Position numbers and translations under genes: made by a program. Under the pieces are notes generated by a model. It was given only the letters and a program-made list of their open reading frames with translations. It searched no databases and was not told where the DNA came from. Positions 49,592 to 63,804 of a DNA stretch of 64,000 nt are shown here, in pieces. The stretch spans positions 5,542,231-5,606,230 of the forward strand of contig NC_134033.1 in NCBI RefSeq assembly GCF_964204645.1, read 5' to 3'. This DNA comes from Tubulanus polymorphus (lineage: Eukaryota; Animalia; Nemertea). Each line of letters starts with the position of its first letter. The first letter of the stretch is position 1.

Positions 49592-52500
49592 ATGACGCCG
49601 ACTAGAGTTTCGCTGCCCGTCGCGTTGTTGATGGTCACCGCTGCGTCGCTCGCGTCCGCCCTAACTGAATTACATCTGCCCGGCGCGATCACTGGTACTC
49701 ACGTGGTGACCAAAGCGGCTGGTCCGTATTTGATTAAAACGCGTCAAACGGTGACCGTGTCGTCGACGGGTTCGCTGAAAATCGAACCGGGCGCGATCAT
49801 CCGTTTCGAACGCGGAGCCGGGCTCGTTTTGAACGTGCGCGGCGGCGCGCTGGAAATGGTCGGCACGGCCGCCGAAAAAATCTCGTTCATCTCGAGCGAG
49901 ATGTCGCCTGTGCGTACGAGGCGATGGGTCGGGATTACGATTACGGCGACGGCCGGTAATCGAGCGCTGACAATCGGTCACGTGAATGTGCAGAACGCCG
50001 GGCAGACGGGTCGAATAGCCGCCCTCAATATCTCTGGTCACGGGGCAGATTTACGCGTACACGACGTCAAAATCGAAAACTCATCAGCCGCCGGACTGTA
50101 CGTGGATGACGATTGGTCGGAAATCGCGTTGTCGAACGTCGCGGTCGAAAACTGCAACGGTACCGGCGTGACAGTGTGTTCGTGGAGACGAAACGCGGTT
50201 TTGAAATCAGTGACGGTGGTCGGGTGTAAAAACGGCACAAAGATTCAAACGCCGTCGACGTTTCCGAGCCCGACGATCTCATTTTGTAATTCGCAACCGA
50301 AAAATCGACGTTTATCCGGAAGCGGAGTTTTAGCAGTTTCTTTCAATACACCGTACAAGGGATACCCTACCAGTTGTCAAATGGTACGTACACTACGCTT
50401 CTATCCATTTACCTTTCAGTGCGTGTACACCACGGTGCGATGTACAGCTGGTGATAGCCATTCACTAGTACACTGCACTGTGGTGTATTCATATAATCAG
50501 TAATTGATTTTTTCATCTGGTATTGAAAGATGGCAGCACCTTTCGAACGTGAAATATTAGTAGATCCCGGCTAACCAACGAAACATCGCAGCTCGGTAGG
50601 CGCGCTATAGTGGCATGCTCGTTATTCAACACAGTTTCATAGGTTTGAACCCAATTGCACAAACCGTCCTCTGGTATCAGTTTCGCTATTAATCCCCCTG
50701 TTACACATTGCCAACTGTACTCCACATCAAATTTCCGATTCGACGGTGTTCAGGATCCTCAAATATAGTTCTCAAACCAGTTCCACAGTTTGGATTTCGT
50801 TACTTGAAAGTGTCCCGAGTTCAAATAAGTTCGGAGCCAAGCTCATTCATTCATTCCCCAGTGAATTGCCCCTGGACTTATTAGGGGTATTCCACGCAAC
50901 ATCAGCACAGATAAATGAACAGGGCAGCTTGTGTATTTAAATATATTGAAAAAAGGCTTGTAGAGTCCAGAGGATTTTCAAACAATTTCTAAGCGCTTGA
51001 AGGACTTAATAAGCTAAGATAATAAGCTAAATCTCACGTTACGCGGACTGCTGTTGTCTTATTAGTTTGCGGGTAAATAAAGAGCCACGAAAAAAACACT
51101 GCCTTTGTTTTTTCGGGCACGGGTAAATTTCGAGTGAGCACGTTCTCCCTGTGCCATCCGAATGTACCGTTTTTTTAACGGGATTCATTTATTGTTGTTT
51201 TTCAGACGTTTGAAAGCGACCCGGGAGACGTGGTGGAACTGTTACGATTCGATACGACAACCTCATATCCCAACGTCGAAGTAAAAGATTCCAGCGGCGC
51301 CGTGATATATACTGGAATTATGAAACATTTTGAATCCGTTACGAGTCCCTCGTCGAAGATGGAGGTCAAAATTACGCAGAATTATGACAAGAAACATCGA
51401 TTTTTGGTAATTTCTCAGAAAAAAGGTAATATACATGATTATACGGGCTAAAAGTAGCGGGCATAGTTCCTACTCTGAAATCAGGATCAAATTTAAATAT
51501 CTAATATCAAAAATATCGCAGTCAAATTGGAAAACTTAGCTTTTAACATACCGGGCTGGCATTTGCGTGGGATGACGCTAGTTTCTAGTTACAAATAAAA
51601 TCGACCACAAATAAAATCGATTCTTATACCGCACAGAAAGGGTTAGATCCTAATCGATGAATTATATTTGGCAGTCATGTAGGAAATCTTCACTTAACTT
51701 ACCGGGTTGACATTTGTGTGTAGTGTTACGCCACTTTTTCATTACTTATAACACCAATACCACCGATTAATACACCGCACAGCGGTGTAGACGCACTGAA
51801 AGGGTTAATTTTTCATCGATGCTATTACCATGAAATTACGCTAGCAATAGCGTTCTCTTCCCCTACAGCCATTGGAAAACTTAACGTTTAACATACCGGG
51901 GTGACATCATTAATGTTGGGTAACGCCACTTTCAACATAATCAATATCAATTCCGCCGATTTATACACCGCACTGCGGTGTAGACGCACAGAAAGGGTTT
52001 ATTTATCATCGATAACGTTTACCTTTTGTAGGTCGCCGAATTTCGATCGAAGATTCCATCGCGCGAAACAACAGTGAAAACGGGCTGACGTTCGCCGGTA
52101 AACTCGGCGCCGTATCCGTGAGGCGAGTCATTATCGACCAGTCGCGAATCGGAATCCAGTCACTCGCGGATTCGTTCCTCGCGCTCGAACTGACGCGAAC
52201 GAACGTAACGCGCAGCGGCGAATACGGAATATTCTTTGCCACGAATTCCGGAAACATGTCCCTCGTCGATTCCGCGATAAACGACTCGAGAAAGCGCGGT
52301 ATCCGCGTCGTTAACTGGTACAGTTGGAACTGTCATAATAGAGCGATTACTATTCGTAATTCAACGTTGGAAAATAATGCGGAATCGGCCGTCGACGTCG
52401 ACGACGTTTGTCTCGTCGAATTCGACGCCGCGAACAACGTCGTCTCACGCAATAAAGTCGGGCTCAAAATAACAAACGTACACGGCCAAAACGGACTCAA

Positions 52501-55500
52501 CGTCCGTATTCGCGATAGTACCTTCATACACAATCGCGTCGTGGCCATTCGATTCGAAATCGATTCGAACAGCAGCATCAGCGTCGTCGTCAACGATTCG
52601 AAATTCGAATCGAACGGAAACTCGACTTCGAGAAACTCGACCGTCGAAGCGCGTATTTGCGGCGGGAACAGTATCCGAGCGGCAATCGATTTGACGAATA
52701 ATTCATTTGCTCGCAATTTAGCCGCGACGGGAATCGTCAAGATATTCGGATGCCCCAGTCGGAGCCCGCGAACCGAGGCGCGGTTGATCTCGAACGAGTT
52801 CGTCGCGAATACGGCGCGTGATTCCGTCGTGACGCTGTACGGCGGTGACGAAACGGTCATCAAACGTAACGTATTCCGCAATCCTGCGTCGAAATACGAG
52901 TGCGCGTTATTACCGGAAAACACGCGAAAAACGTTTAATTTGTCGTATAATTATTGGGGCATCGATACCGGTATCGAGAATCGGATACTCGGTCAGAATA
53001 TGAAGATTTCGCGGCCGACGTTTGAACTCGTGCCGTATTTCACCGATTCGACGTTGACCCGAACGAGTTCGGTTCTCACGCACGATTCGAGTGCGTTCAA
53101 AAACGGAAGTCGCCTCGGCGGAAGTTTATACGACGCGTTGACCTTGACGTCGAGCGGAAGCCCGTTTACGATCGATAGCGACGTGATCGTTAACCGCGGA
53201 GGTTCACTGCGTATCGAACCGGGCGTCGTTTTGAACGTGGCGCCCGACGTTGGATTTATCGTTCGTGGCGGGGGCCGTCTGCTCACGGACGGTGGCGCCA
53301 TCTCGCGTATACACTTCCGACTCGACAAGCGAACGCCAGATTCACGAATCACGATCGCAAACGCGACGAAAATAACCGAATACGAACTTCAAAACTATTA
53401 TCGTTTTCAACAACCGCACCGTCGCAGACGCAAGCGGCAGGCGGCTCCTTACAGACGCAAGCGGCAGGCGGCTCTTCGCAGACGCGAGCGACAGGCGGCC
53501 CGTTACAGACGCAAGCGGCAGACGTCTTACATGTTTACGGATGTCGTACAATTCTATCTCGAGAATGAAAAAAGGACCGTCTGCTCTCCTTATTTGGGTG
53601 AAAGTGGATTCACGCCTGTCGGCCCGACGCTCTGCCGATTGATGGGCCTCGGTCCGTATGTACCCCCACGAAGCTATAGACCGTATTACAGTGAGCGTAT
53701 AGCGTATAGAAGCATACACTGTGAAGAGGGCGCTAAAACACTCGACGATTGTCAACTTGAAAAATGTCCCGTCAATGTTCGGTGTTGCAACTCTCCGTTA
53801 CGAATGAAATGTCTACCGCCGGCCTGGGCCGGAATTCATCTAGCGGCTGGCGCCAAACCGAGCGTTCTACGTAACGTCGATATCTCCGGCGCCGGGTTGA
53901 ATTACGGCGGTAACCTGGCCGCGAGTTTATCGATCGATTTTCATCGGCATCGAATCGAAAACGTTACCATCGTTCAAAACACGTCGGGTCTGGGCGTTGT
54001 CGCGAGCGGCCTCGTGATCAAACGCGCCAGTCTAGCCGTCGAGGAAACGTTACGCCATGTCACCGTCGACGTTTCGCAAAATATCAACGGTTTGAAATTA
54101 CCGGCTTCGTCGACGACCAAACTCACAAACGTGACGGTAAGCAAAACAAACGGCACCACGAGGGGATACGGAATCGGTTTCGAAGACTCGGCGGTGAAGT
54201 TTAATCCGACGATTCGATCGTGTAACGATCAGAATCCGGTACGAGTCGACGCGGACGGCGCGTTCTACTCGTTGACCAATAACATGACGGCGACTAACTC
54301 TACACTAGCTGAATGTACAGTTCGTCTGCTACCCGACAAACTGACCGATTCGATCGTCATCGATTTGCTCAAAATCGTCGTTTCAATGAGGTTCGTTACA
54401 AATCTCCCTACGATATTATCAATGAATTACGTAGTGTACGTAATCCTTATTCGGGAAAACATGGCTACATCCATAAATCCCCTATGACATCACCAGCCGG
54501 CTGATGGAGGTATAAGTGTTTCTGTCGTCGATATCTGTCCCATTTATCCTTTTTTTGTACGGAAGAGCATTGCGGCCACATGCAATTTTGAATTCGGCAT
54601 TTCGACATTATAACACATGTGCGCATGTTGTAAAATTCACACCATGACACAATGAGATCAGAGATCAGTTTGACCGTCGCCTCTTCAAGCTAGGTTCAAA
54701 AAATGCCGATATACGATACTGACTTGGCAAGCACGATCGACCTCGAATGGGTGCAAAGTTTCGAGATTAAAAGTCAAAATTTCGAGATTAAAACTTAAAA
54801 TTTCGAGTTTGTAAAGTCGAAAATACGAGTTTCAACGTCGTAATTTCGACTTAAAAAGACAAGAAGGTTTCATGTGGCCGCAATGCTCTTTCGGATTTAA
54901 TACATCATCGGAATTCTTGTGATTTTTTTTAACCTTCCAGGAAAAATGTCTGCCTCCACAATATGACATTTGACCTAATATATACCTCTTGATAAAGGCA
55001 TTTTTCTCAATGATGATCTGCGCTGCCAAAAATTTCTCTATCACATAATCAGTTTGCTAAGTGATTGGATATAAATGAACGCTTCCAGAAAAGTTAGTTA
55101 ATGTTTTTTAAGAACGAAATATAAGATGATCTACGTTTTATAGGAATCATTCTCGAGTCGAGCCCGATAAGGGAGGTAAGGGAGATGGTAAATCCAAGGT
55201 CAAGCGGAGTACGAAAATATCAGGCTCTAAATGCAAGGAGAATCCGTCGGTGCAGTTGTATGCCGGGAGTCAACTGTTGACTGAAGAACTGACCACTAGA
55301 GACGGGTTTAGGTATAAACCGACAAGCGGAAATCAGGAACTCGCTTTGAAGATCGTAACAGGCGCCGATAACTGCGGATCTGTTGATATCATCATTCACG
55401 TTATTGCCGTCAAACATGCGTCATTGTCACCGAAACAAAATACCGGTAAATATCCACCGTATATCGATTTGCCTCCATGAAATCCCCCTATGACATCATG

Positions 55501-58500
55501 AATATTTTGATTAATTAATGTATATACCGTAATAGAAGAGATGTTTGCCTAAATCCGCTTAGACTAATCGTAAACTTAATGATTTTGTATATGAACGTTT
55601 ACGGAAAAAGACACCAGGCCCCATAAGCCCCCTTTGACATAGACCCTTCTATAAAAGATGTCTGCCCCCGTAAATCTCCTGATGATATCATACCCACTAG
55701 CGATTTGAAAATATTTCCAGAAGAGACGTCTGCCATCAAGACATCCATATCAACCCTTCGGATTTCATAGTCATTTCTTGTATAGAACCTTCCAAAATGA
55801 TGTCTGCCTCCAGAAAATGTCAAAATGACATTCATCAATAATGGCCTAGGGTCAGTTGCGCAGTCGTCGTTTAGATAGTTCCACAGCAAATTAACAAAAC
55901 TTAAAAACGGGTCTTGAATTAAATCTATTCCAGGTTTGCGCAATTGGGCCCAGGGTCCAGTTCCACAGTTGTAAGTTAAGATTTAACTCTGAGTTAACTC
56001 ATTGAAAATGAACTAACTTTAACTCAGAGTTAAATCTAACTCAGAACTGTGGAACTGGGTCCAGGTGATTTAATATTACAGCTGTTATGTTTCCAGAAAA
56101 GAAGTTCGCCTCCATAAATCCCCGTTTTTAAAGTGTTTCCATAGAATTTCGCTTCTCTAACAGAAAGTTCCCTTTACAGATAAACCTAAGAAAGAACTCG
56201 ATCAAGTGAAAGTTCACGGTGATTTCAAGACAGGAATTAACTTCGATTCTCCGTATTGTAAGTACACATGATTTCTGTGATTGTATTAAGCCGAGGGGTT
56301 CCTTTTTTGCTATGTTTAAACTCCGATTTATGAAAAAAATCTATGCATGAATTTTGATTTTGCCTTATTCACAGACTTTTGGGAAAAAACTTTCACTCGA
56401 AAATTTGATTTAGGCCTAATTGATATGGATCTTCTCTTAAAATCCACCCACCTCATATCGCACTTTCCCCGAGGTGTGATGTATCAATCATCAAAATAGC
56501 TTTTGAAATATGGCAGCACATGTCAAGCAATGTGAAAATCGCGCTGCAGAAGGTGTAATTTCGTGGTGAGCCCAGTGGCGGATTTAGCCTACCGCACTTG
56601 CCGCTAATGCGGTAGTCAACATTTTTCCTTTTTGATGCAATATAGCGGTACGCCTGTTATACACCGCACTGAAGGGTAAATTCAATAAGGCGGCACGCAT
56701 GGTACACACCGTACTGTGGGGTATATGTAATATAGCGGTACGCCTGTTATACACCGCACTGAAGGGTAAATTCAATAAGGTGGCACGCATGGTACACACC
56801 GTACTGTGGGGTAGATGTAATAAAGCAGTAATAGGCCCGTGATACACTGCACTGCGGGGTTGATGCAATTTAACGGTGGGCCTGATATATACCGCGCTGC
56901 GGGGCAGAATGTGGTACGCCTGTTATACACCGCACTGCGGGATAAACGCGGATAAATGCAATAAGTAATACGCATTTTATTCACCGCATCCTTGGGCAGA
57001 TCGAAATAGTGGTATTTCTGATATAAACCGTAGTATGGGGTAGATGCTATATGGCGGTATGCCTGTTATACACTGCACTGCTGGATAAATACTATCAAGC
57101 ATTACGCCTGATATACACCGCACTGCGGGGCATATTGAAAAAGTGGTATTCTTCAAATAAACCGCCGTGCAGGGTTGATGCAATATAGCGGTATGCCTGT
57201 TATGCACCGCACTGCAGGATGAATGCAATTAGTAATGTGCCTGATATACAACGCACTGCAGGGCGGATCAAAATCATATTTCTCATATACACCACTGTGC
57301 GGGGTAGACGCAATATAGGTGTATGGAAAGTGTTCGAATTTTCGATACTGAAAAATTATCTGTAGCATTTCTAAAGGATGTATCTATTCTATCGATTCAC
57401 GTGATATGAATTCGATATTTTCAGCAAAAGAAAAAGAACGAATCGCGATTCACAATTCGACGATCCGTGCCAGTGGTCCGTACGGGATTTACTTCGGATT
57501 CGAAACGGACGTGAATCTAACGATGCAAAACGTCAGCGTTTCGAACGTGACCGTACAAACCGTCTACGGGAAATTCGTGGCGTTCGACGTTCGCGACTCG
57601 ACGTTCAGCGGCAGACGCGTCGAGGTCGAGTTCGGAGGAAATTCAAACGCGACGGCGCGCATCGAAACTTGCGTGTTCACGAACGGCAGCTTCCTACAAT
57701 TTCGGATGCTGCAACTGACGAACAAATCGGGAAAACCCGAACACCGGCAGCAGACTTTGGTGGCGCGCATCGAAATATTGCGCAATAAATTTGAAACAGA
57801 CAATCGAACGATCTATCAGCTAGAGTGCGGCCCGATCGATTGGACGATCGCGTATAACACGTTTTCTAATATAACCGTCGACAAAAACTATTCGATCGTT
57901 GACGTCTGCGGAGTCGGGAAAATCTCCGACAATTTATTCCGCGGAATCCGCGCGCGAACGCGAGGATCGACCGCGGCGATCGTGAGCGTCGCGCAGAACG
58001 CGCGGGTATCGTCCGCCTCCACGACCGATCCCCGGAGCGTAGCTTGGGAAATAATCGGCAACGAGTTTCTCGATAATCGAGTTATGATGAGTTTGGTGCG
58101 AGTTCGACACGTAGCGAAGAGCGTCACGTTCGTGCGGAATAAACTCATCGGTAACTCCCGAATGTTCGACGGTTGTCGACTGCCGCCAGGTGGCAGCACG
58201 GCTTTAGAAATCGGAAGTGTCGAAAACGTCGCGGTTAGTTTGAACGCGTTCGACAACCCGGGACTCGATTCGGAGGTCGTTTCGGAATTTGGTCGTTCGC
58301 TCGTCGATTTCAACACGAATTTCTGGAACTCGCAAGACGCGGAGGCGATCGTGAACCGTCTGGCGGGGATGATCGTCCCGCCGCGTTCAAAGACATTCAA
58401 GATCTGCACCGATTCCGATTGTAAAATCGTTCTCGATTTACAAACGCGAAATCCGCACGTGTACGCGAGTCGCGACGAACCGTACATCATCGAACGGGAT

Positions 58501-61500
58501 ATCGTCGTCACCGCAGACGATCTGCTAACGATAGAAGCCGGCGTTACGCTGCATTTTCGACCGGGGCGATCGCTGATCGTTTACGGCCGGTTGTCAGCGG
58601 CGGGTACGTGCGATAAACCGATCGCGATGGACGTCGAGCGGCGCGCGCAAACGGGAAATCCCATCTGTTCGCCGGAATCTACACGCGCGGTGCTGGTTGG
58701 CGGAAACACATCGACGGAAGGCACCGTCTTGATCAAAAAACAACGGGGCGTTTTATATCAAGCGTGCGGTGGTAATTTATGGACGGCGGTGGAATCGGAA
58801 ATGATTTGCCGGTCGCTCGGATTTGGGCCGCCGGTTCTGTGGCAGAATCTAACGTCGCTCGCGGAAAAGAACAGGAGTTTGTCGACGCGTGTTTTGTCTT
58901 GTTCAGGAGCGAGTGAACTGAACGGTTGCTTTCCGAAGAATAGTTCGTGCAACCAGTACAATTACGAGGCAGTATTTATCCGCTGTCAGCCGGAAGTTTG
59001 GGGCGGCGTGAAACTGCGCGGTGAAAAATCACGCGCAGATTTCAAACACGTGAACATCTTAAACACAAAGGACGGTGCCATTACTCTGAGTGGTGGTACA
59101 GGTGATACCAGTAGTGCAGGTGGTACCAGTGGTACAGGTGGTGCAGGTGGTACCAGTGGTACAAGTGGTGCAGGTGGTACCAGTGGTACAAGTGGTGCAG
59201 GTAGTACCAGTGGTACAAGTGGTGCAGGTGGTACCAGTGGTACAAGTGGTGCAGGTAGTACCGACGGTACAAGTGGTTCTTCATCCCTAATAATCAGAAA
59301 CACCGATATCATCAACGCGACTAACGGAATTCAGATTTACCGCGCCGTAAGCGGTATCGAAATCGACGGCATCAATTTCGAAAACGTTTCCGATAAAGCG
59401 ATCGTGGCGAGCGTCGTCGTGCCGATGAGCGTCAAACGCGCGCGTCTGAAAAACATCGGCAACACCGGCGTCTATATTTCCCCGCCCGACAACGACCTCG
59501 AGCGATACCGGAAAAAAAAGGAACCGCTCGCGTACGACCCGGCGATCGGCGGCGGCGATTTCGTTCTATGTCGATCGGACGGGGTCATGGTCGAACCGCG
59601 GCAGACGTTACTGATGAAATCGACGAAAATCGCGAGTTGGAAATCGCGAGAGGCGGCGGGAAGTTCGATCATGGGTTGCGAACCGACGGTTTTCGCTACG
59701 GACCCCGGTTGCGTGCTACGCGTTTTCGTACGGTACTCCTCGACGGCCACGAGCGAATCCGATTTGTTCGATTTTTTTAACATCGACGGAAACGGCACGC
59801 GCGTCGAGCAAATTAATTATAAACGGAATTTCGGGCGAATAAAGAAACGTCGAACGTACGAGGTGTGGTCGAATTCGTCGCGGTTAGAAATATCGTCACT
59901 TTGCCACAGAGCTGGAATTGATAGATACATCGAATATATGGAAGTTTCAGCTCACAATGCGTCGTGTAAGCATTGCATTTGATCATTTTGCTAATTTACA
60001 TTTAGTTCCGAAACTTGGGCCAATTCCTTTAAACTTTGACCTTTTGGTGGTTCGTTTCGGTTCAACGCTGGGCAATCTAACACACTAACGCTCACTCAAG
60101 CAAGACCAGTCTTAAGTTCATTTTAGTTCTTAGTCTTTAGTTCAAAATTAAGACCAGTCTAAACTCATTTTGGTTTTCAACAAATCGATGCACTTAAGGT
60201 ATTTTGGTTCTATAACCAATGAGACAACTTAAGACCAGTCTAAGCTCATTACGGTTCTATAGACAATCTGACAACTTACGACCAGTATAAGCTCATTTTG
60301 GTTCCATTTGGCTCTAATGTTTCAGGAAATATTTTTGTATCATTTTTCATACATCTATTTCAGTTGCTAAATGTACGTTTGACTGGAGCAGCCCGTTCTG
60401 TCCTTGGAAATCCGATCCCAACCGATACATCGAGTGGAAAAGAGGAACTGCCAGTAGACGGTTTAATTATGAAGATAATACAGTAGGACACTCTGGTTTG
60501 TATTATACATGTAGACTCAATAAGTAATTGATGTCCCCGGATTGTTCCATGCCTGGAAATGGTTAAATAACTGCCTCTGAAATTGGTTGGCCGTGCCCTG
60601 ACTGTCTGAAAGAGCCCGTGAACTGCCAGGAACTGTCTCTGAGACTATTTTAATAGTAATGTCCCCTGATTGTCAGGAGCAGATTCTGGCAATGGTTTAC
60701 TTATCCCGATTGTCCGAAACAGCCGGGACAGTCACTGAAAATGAAAAAAACCATTGTGACGAAAACTCGGATACGAAAAATTGAACATCGATCTTTTTCA
60801 GGTAAATCGATTGCGGTGGTTCCTAAAAAATCAGCTAGACTAACATCGACGTTGCGCAGTGGGTTGATCCCGGTCGGCGCGTGTGGTATTGAATTTGCCT
60901 ACTCGGTGAGCGGTGAACGGAAGGAATCTCATCTCGAGGTATGGAAACGAATATGAAAATTGATCATAACAAATCGATCAAAGGCTTAGATCGGCCGCAT
61001 GGAAATCAGTTTTCTTAGAAAGTAGTCTCGACTAATGTTCGGAACTGATGATAATCGAACACACTCAACCCTTCAGGTGGCAGTATACAAAATAAAAATC
61101 CAGAAGCCCGAGAAAGCAGTTTTTCTAAAAAAAGAAATTTTCAAGAACTTCGGCCATATATCTGTTTGGGCATTTCAACGACTGTAAGACAGCTCTAAAG
61201 CATGCCATAGTGCAGTTAGAGCGGCCACCTTCGACTAGCTCGCCCTCTAGAGGACAATTAGGTCAGTAGGCCACTTCTGATACCTCAAGGTTTTCACTGT
61301 CACTCCCCACATGGGATGGCCGAGTGGTTCGAGCTGCCTCGTCAACCCATGGTTTCTGGGTTCGAATCCTTTTTGGTGATAGAGTTTTCTTGCCGGGGAG
61401 TTCTTTTCCGTTCTCTCCCCAATCGGGTAAAAGAAAAATCCTACCCGCTTATAAAGCCCTGCGTGGCGCTCAGTGGTTGAGGGGAAAAAAAAAAACAAAG

Positions 61501-63804
61501 AAACTTAAGTTCGAGTTTGACGCATTTCTTAAAGTGTCGTCCATCTTTGAACTAGTCCGGATTTAGAAGCAACTGTACACAGTCGTGTTGTCGACCATTT
61601 CCGGACCCATCTCCCGACCGAAGTTCCGATCGACTGACTATCGGCTTCATTTAGTTCGCAAATATGGAGTCTCCCACTTCCGATAACCGAACTTCGTCAA
61701 GGTTTGCTGGTTGGTTACCTCGCTTCTGGCTGGCTAGTTAGCCTTAAATAAAAAGCCACTGGTTCAGAGATCCCCGTGTTTAAAACAAAGGCATTCCGTT
61801 TTGTTCTTGTTTTTTTTCTAGATTTTCGTTGGAGATAGCACGTCTGATGAACTGATATGGACGTACGGCGGTCCGTACGAAACGACCGAGCCTGAGAAAT
61901 TCCTGAACGGCAAGGCGTGGTTCAAACCGGTTAGTCCTGATAGCGGCGCCGAACTGAAATTCGTAGCTAGATTTGAATACGTCCGGAACACCGAAATCGC
62001 GCTGGACGATATCGCATTTTTGGAATGCGACTCTAGACCAGGTAAAGACAAAAATGTGCATAGATATACCTCCGCTTTAATTGGTAATTGTTTTTTATGT
62101 CGATTGTTTGAAAAAAGTCCCCTTCGCATCAATCGGGCAAACGTTTCATGATTTCCGCAGGCATCGGTTTAAAGACACCCTACGTACACACCTTGTGTCG
62201 GAAATATAGGGAAAACCATCAAGTAGAAATTTAACAAATGTTTGTTAGCCTCCGAAGCGCACCCCCTGTATGCTGATCGGAAGAAATGGCTGAATTATTG
62301 CGTAGGCTTTGGTTAAAAAAAATCATCTAGGACTTTGAAATATCGGGTAGTCCCTCTGTAGGCAGATCAGGAGATATGGGAGCACCCCGTGTAGACATAT
62401 CAGAAGAAATGTTTGAAATATTTTTCGGACTGTAGTCCGAACGGACCCCAACCAAATTTCAAAAAGTCTGGTAAAACCTGCAGGTCAGGCAGAAATATAA
62501 AGCCACCTGTAGGCAGATCAGAAGAAATGGCTTTATTATTGTGTAGGCTTTGGTCATTAGATACCATATGACGAGTTTCAGGTTTTGGAAGCAATTCTAA
62601 GTTGAATATGTCCGACGGACAACAATTTAAGAACGGAGTTAGGCCTAATTGACAATTTTGTGGAAAATTCCACGCCAGTGCGATGCATTACAAGCTTACC
62701 GCTATATTGTGTCTACATTACCGCCATATCGTCAAATTGCATCTACGTTGATTTTAACTTACCAACCAATAGTTACCAGCTCGGAGTACCAGCGAAGTCC
62801 ATCGATATTTGATACACCGCATTATGGCGTAAACGCGTTGAAAGGGATGAGATGACGGACCGATCGAGATCCCAATAACCCACTAGGTCCCCGAGCTGAA
62901 GTATCTTTGTATTATCGGTTTGAAAGATCTGATTGCTTTTCTATTTCAGCGAGTTTAACCCCGGAGATTGTTTTGGAAGACGTAGAAATGGTCGACGTTC
63001 ACAACCAAGCTGTTTACATGACGTCACCGGACCCGGCGCTGCGCCCGCAGATCCTGCTCGATCGCGTGCATCTGCACCGGTTTTCGGGAATACACACGCC
63101 GCGAGTCATGCGCATAATTGACGCGTACACCTTGGAGTTCGGCGTCAAGAACGCCAACGTAACTCTACGTAACTTTGCGACGTACGACTTGAATCTACCG
63201 GGTATTCGCATTGACGCTTACGCGCTCGATCGTTCGAAATTCGAACTGGTCGGCTCGACCATCAACGGAACTCTCAACGCTGTTTTGTACGTCAACTACG
63301 GTTACCAGATCCCTTTCGAAGGCCGGTATCCGTTCGTTGCGCGTATTCGCAATTCTTCGATAACGGCGACGCGCGCAGAGCGGAAGAACTCGTTTACCAT
63401 CGCGATTATGTTCTACGGCGTCGCGTTGAATATCACGAATAGCCGCATCAACGAGAACCGTGGATACGGGGTGATGTTTGCGCACCGCACGGAGGCGACC
63501 ATCCGCGACAGTCAGCTGTTGTGGAATGCGCCGGCGAACTACTTGACGCAGAACAATCATGTCGTTCAACTCGAGTTCACGAGCGTTTCGATGGCGAATA
63601 GTTCGTTTTACAATCCGGGAACGACGAAACAGATTCAATGGCGGAATATGAACGGACAGAAAGTGAGCGTCGCGTGGAACTGGTGGGGACAGGCGTCTCA
63701 ATCGGCGGTCGGTAGCGTAATAAACGCAGCGACTCAGCACGGTTGGAGACCGACTATTGAATATTTACCGATCATTCCGTTTAACGACCCGGCGTATGAA
63801 TCAG
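49592..63804 (+). CDS. Bark-beetle/Anakonda-like large secreted or membrane protein (parallel beta-helix repeats, CUB-like, 2 SRCR-like, MAM); 3' end outside window
   Basis: Signal peptide MTPTRVSLPVALLMVTAASLASA. Phase-consistent exons 49592-50383, 51206-51425, 52032-54390, 55144-55445, 56180-56257, 57425-59965, 60802-60938, 61822-62041, 62950-63804 (~2500 codons). Three SP(Y/F).I..D..V.....L.IE(P/A)G modules, N(Y/F/W)W(G/N) module ends, ICRSLGFG SRCR, IALDDIAFLEC MAM end. Confidence 0.85.
51530..52000 (+). mobile_element. Three tandem right-end fragments of a piggyBac-like MITE
   Basis: Units end TACACCGCAC..GCACTGAAAGGGTT(AA) at ~51645, 51808 and 52000; a related end lies at ~62845. Confidence 0.5.
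53423..53522 (+). repeat. Coding 27-bp tandem repeat x4 (RRKRQAAPY-type)
   Basis: CAGACGC(A/G)AGCG at 53425, 53452, 53479, 53506. Confidence 0.9.
54560..54893. mobile_element. MITE with 23-bp TIR CGGAAGAGCATTGCGGCCACATG
   Basis: Inverted copy CATGTGGCCGCAATGCTCTTTCG; internal TTCGAGATTAAAAGTC repeats; TA at the left flank. Confidence 0.75.
55849..56062. mobile_element. Two abutting ~100-bp MITEs with Harbinger-like GG(G)YC termini and CAG/TAG junctions
   Basis: GGGTCAGTTGCGCA...TGCGCAATTGGGCCC followed by GGTCCAGTTCCACAGTT...AACTGTGGAACTGGGTCC (near-perfect palindrome). Confidence 0.7.
56620..57310. repeat. Intronic ~40-bp satellite with core CCTGTTATACACCGCACTG
   Basis: More than 14 degenerate units; core shared with the 51530-52000 element ends. 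Confidence 0.8.
59092..59280 (+). repeat. Coding Gly/Thr/Ser repeat (GGTSGTSGA)n, 27-bp period built from 9-bp subunits
   Basis: GGTGCAGGTGGTACCAGTGGTACAAGT tandem. Confidence 0.9.
61311..61497 (+). mobile_element. tRNA-derived SINE, same family as 36479-36664
   Basis: A box TGGCCGAGTGG, B box GGTTCGAATCC, tail GCCCTGCGTGGCGCTCAGTGGTTGAGGG plus poly(A). Confidence 0.8.

Noticed and set aside
56164-56179. Acceptor at 56163 for the small bark-like exon
   Set aside because: Gives a stop in the required phase; the acceptor at 56179 keeps the frame.
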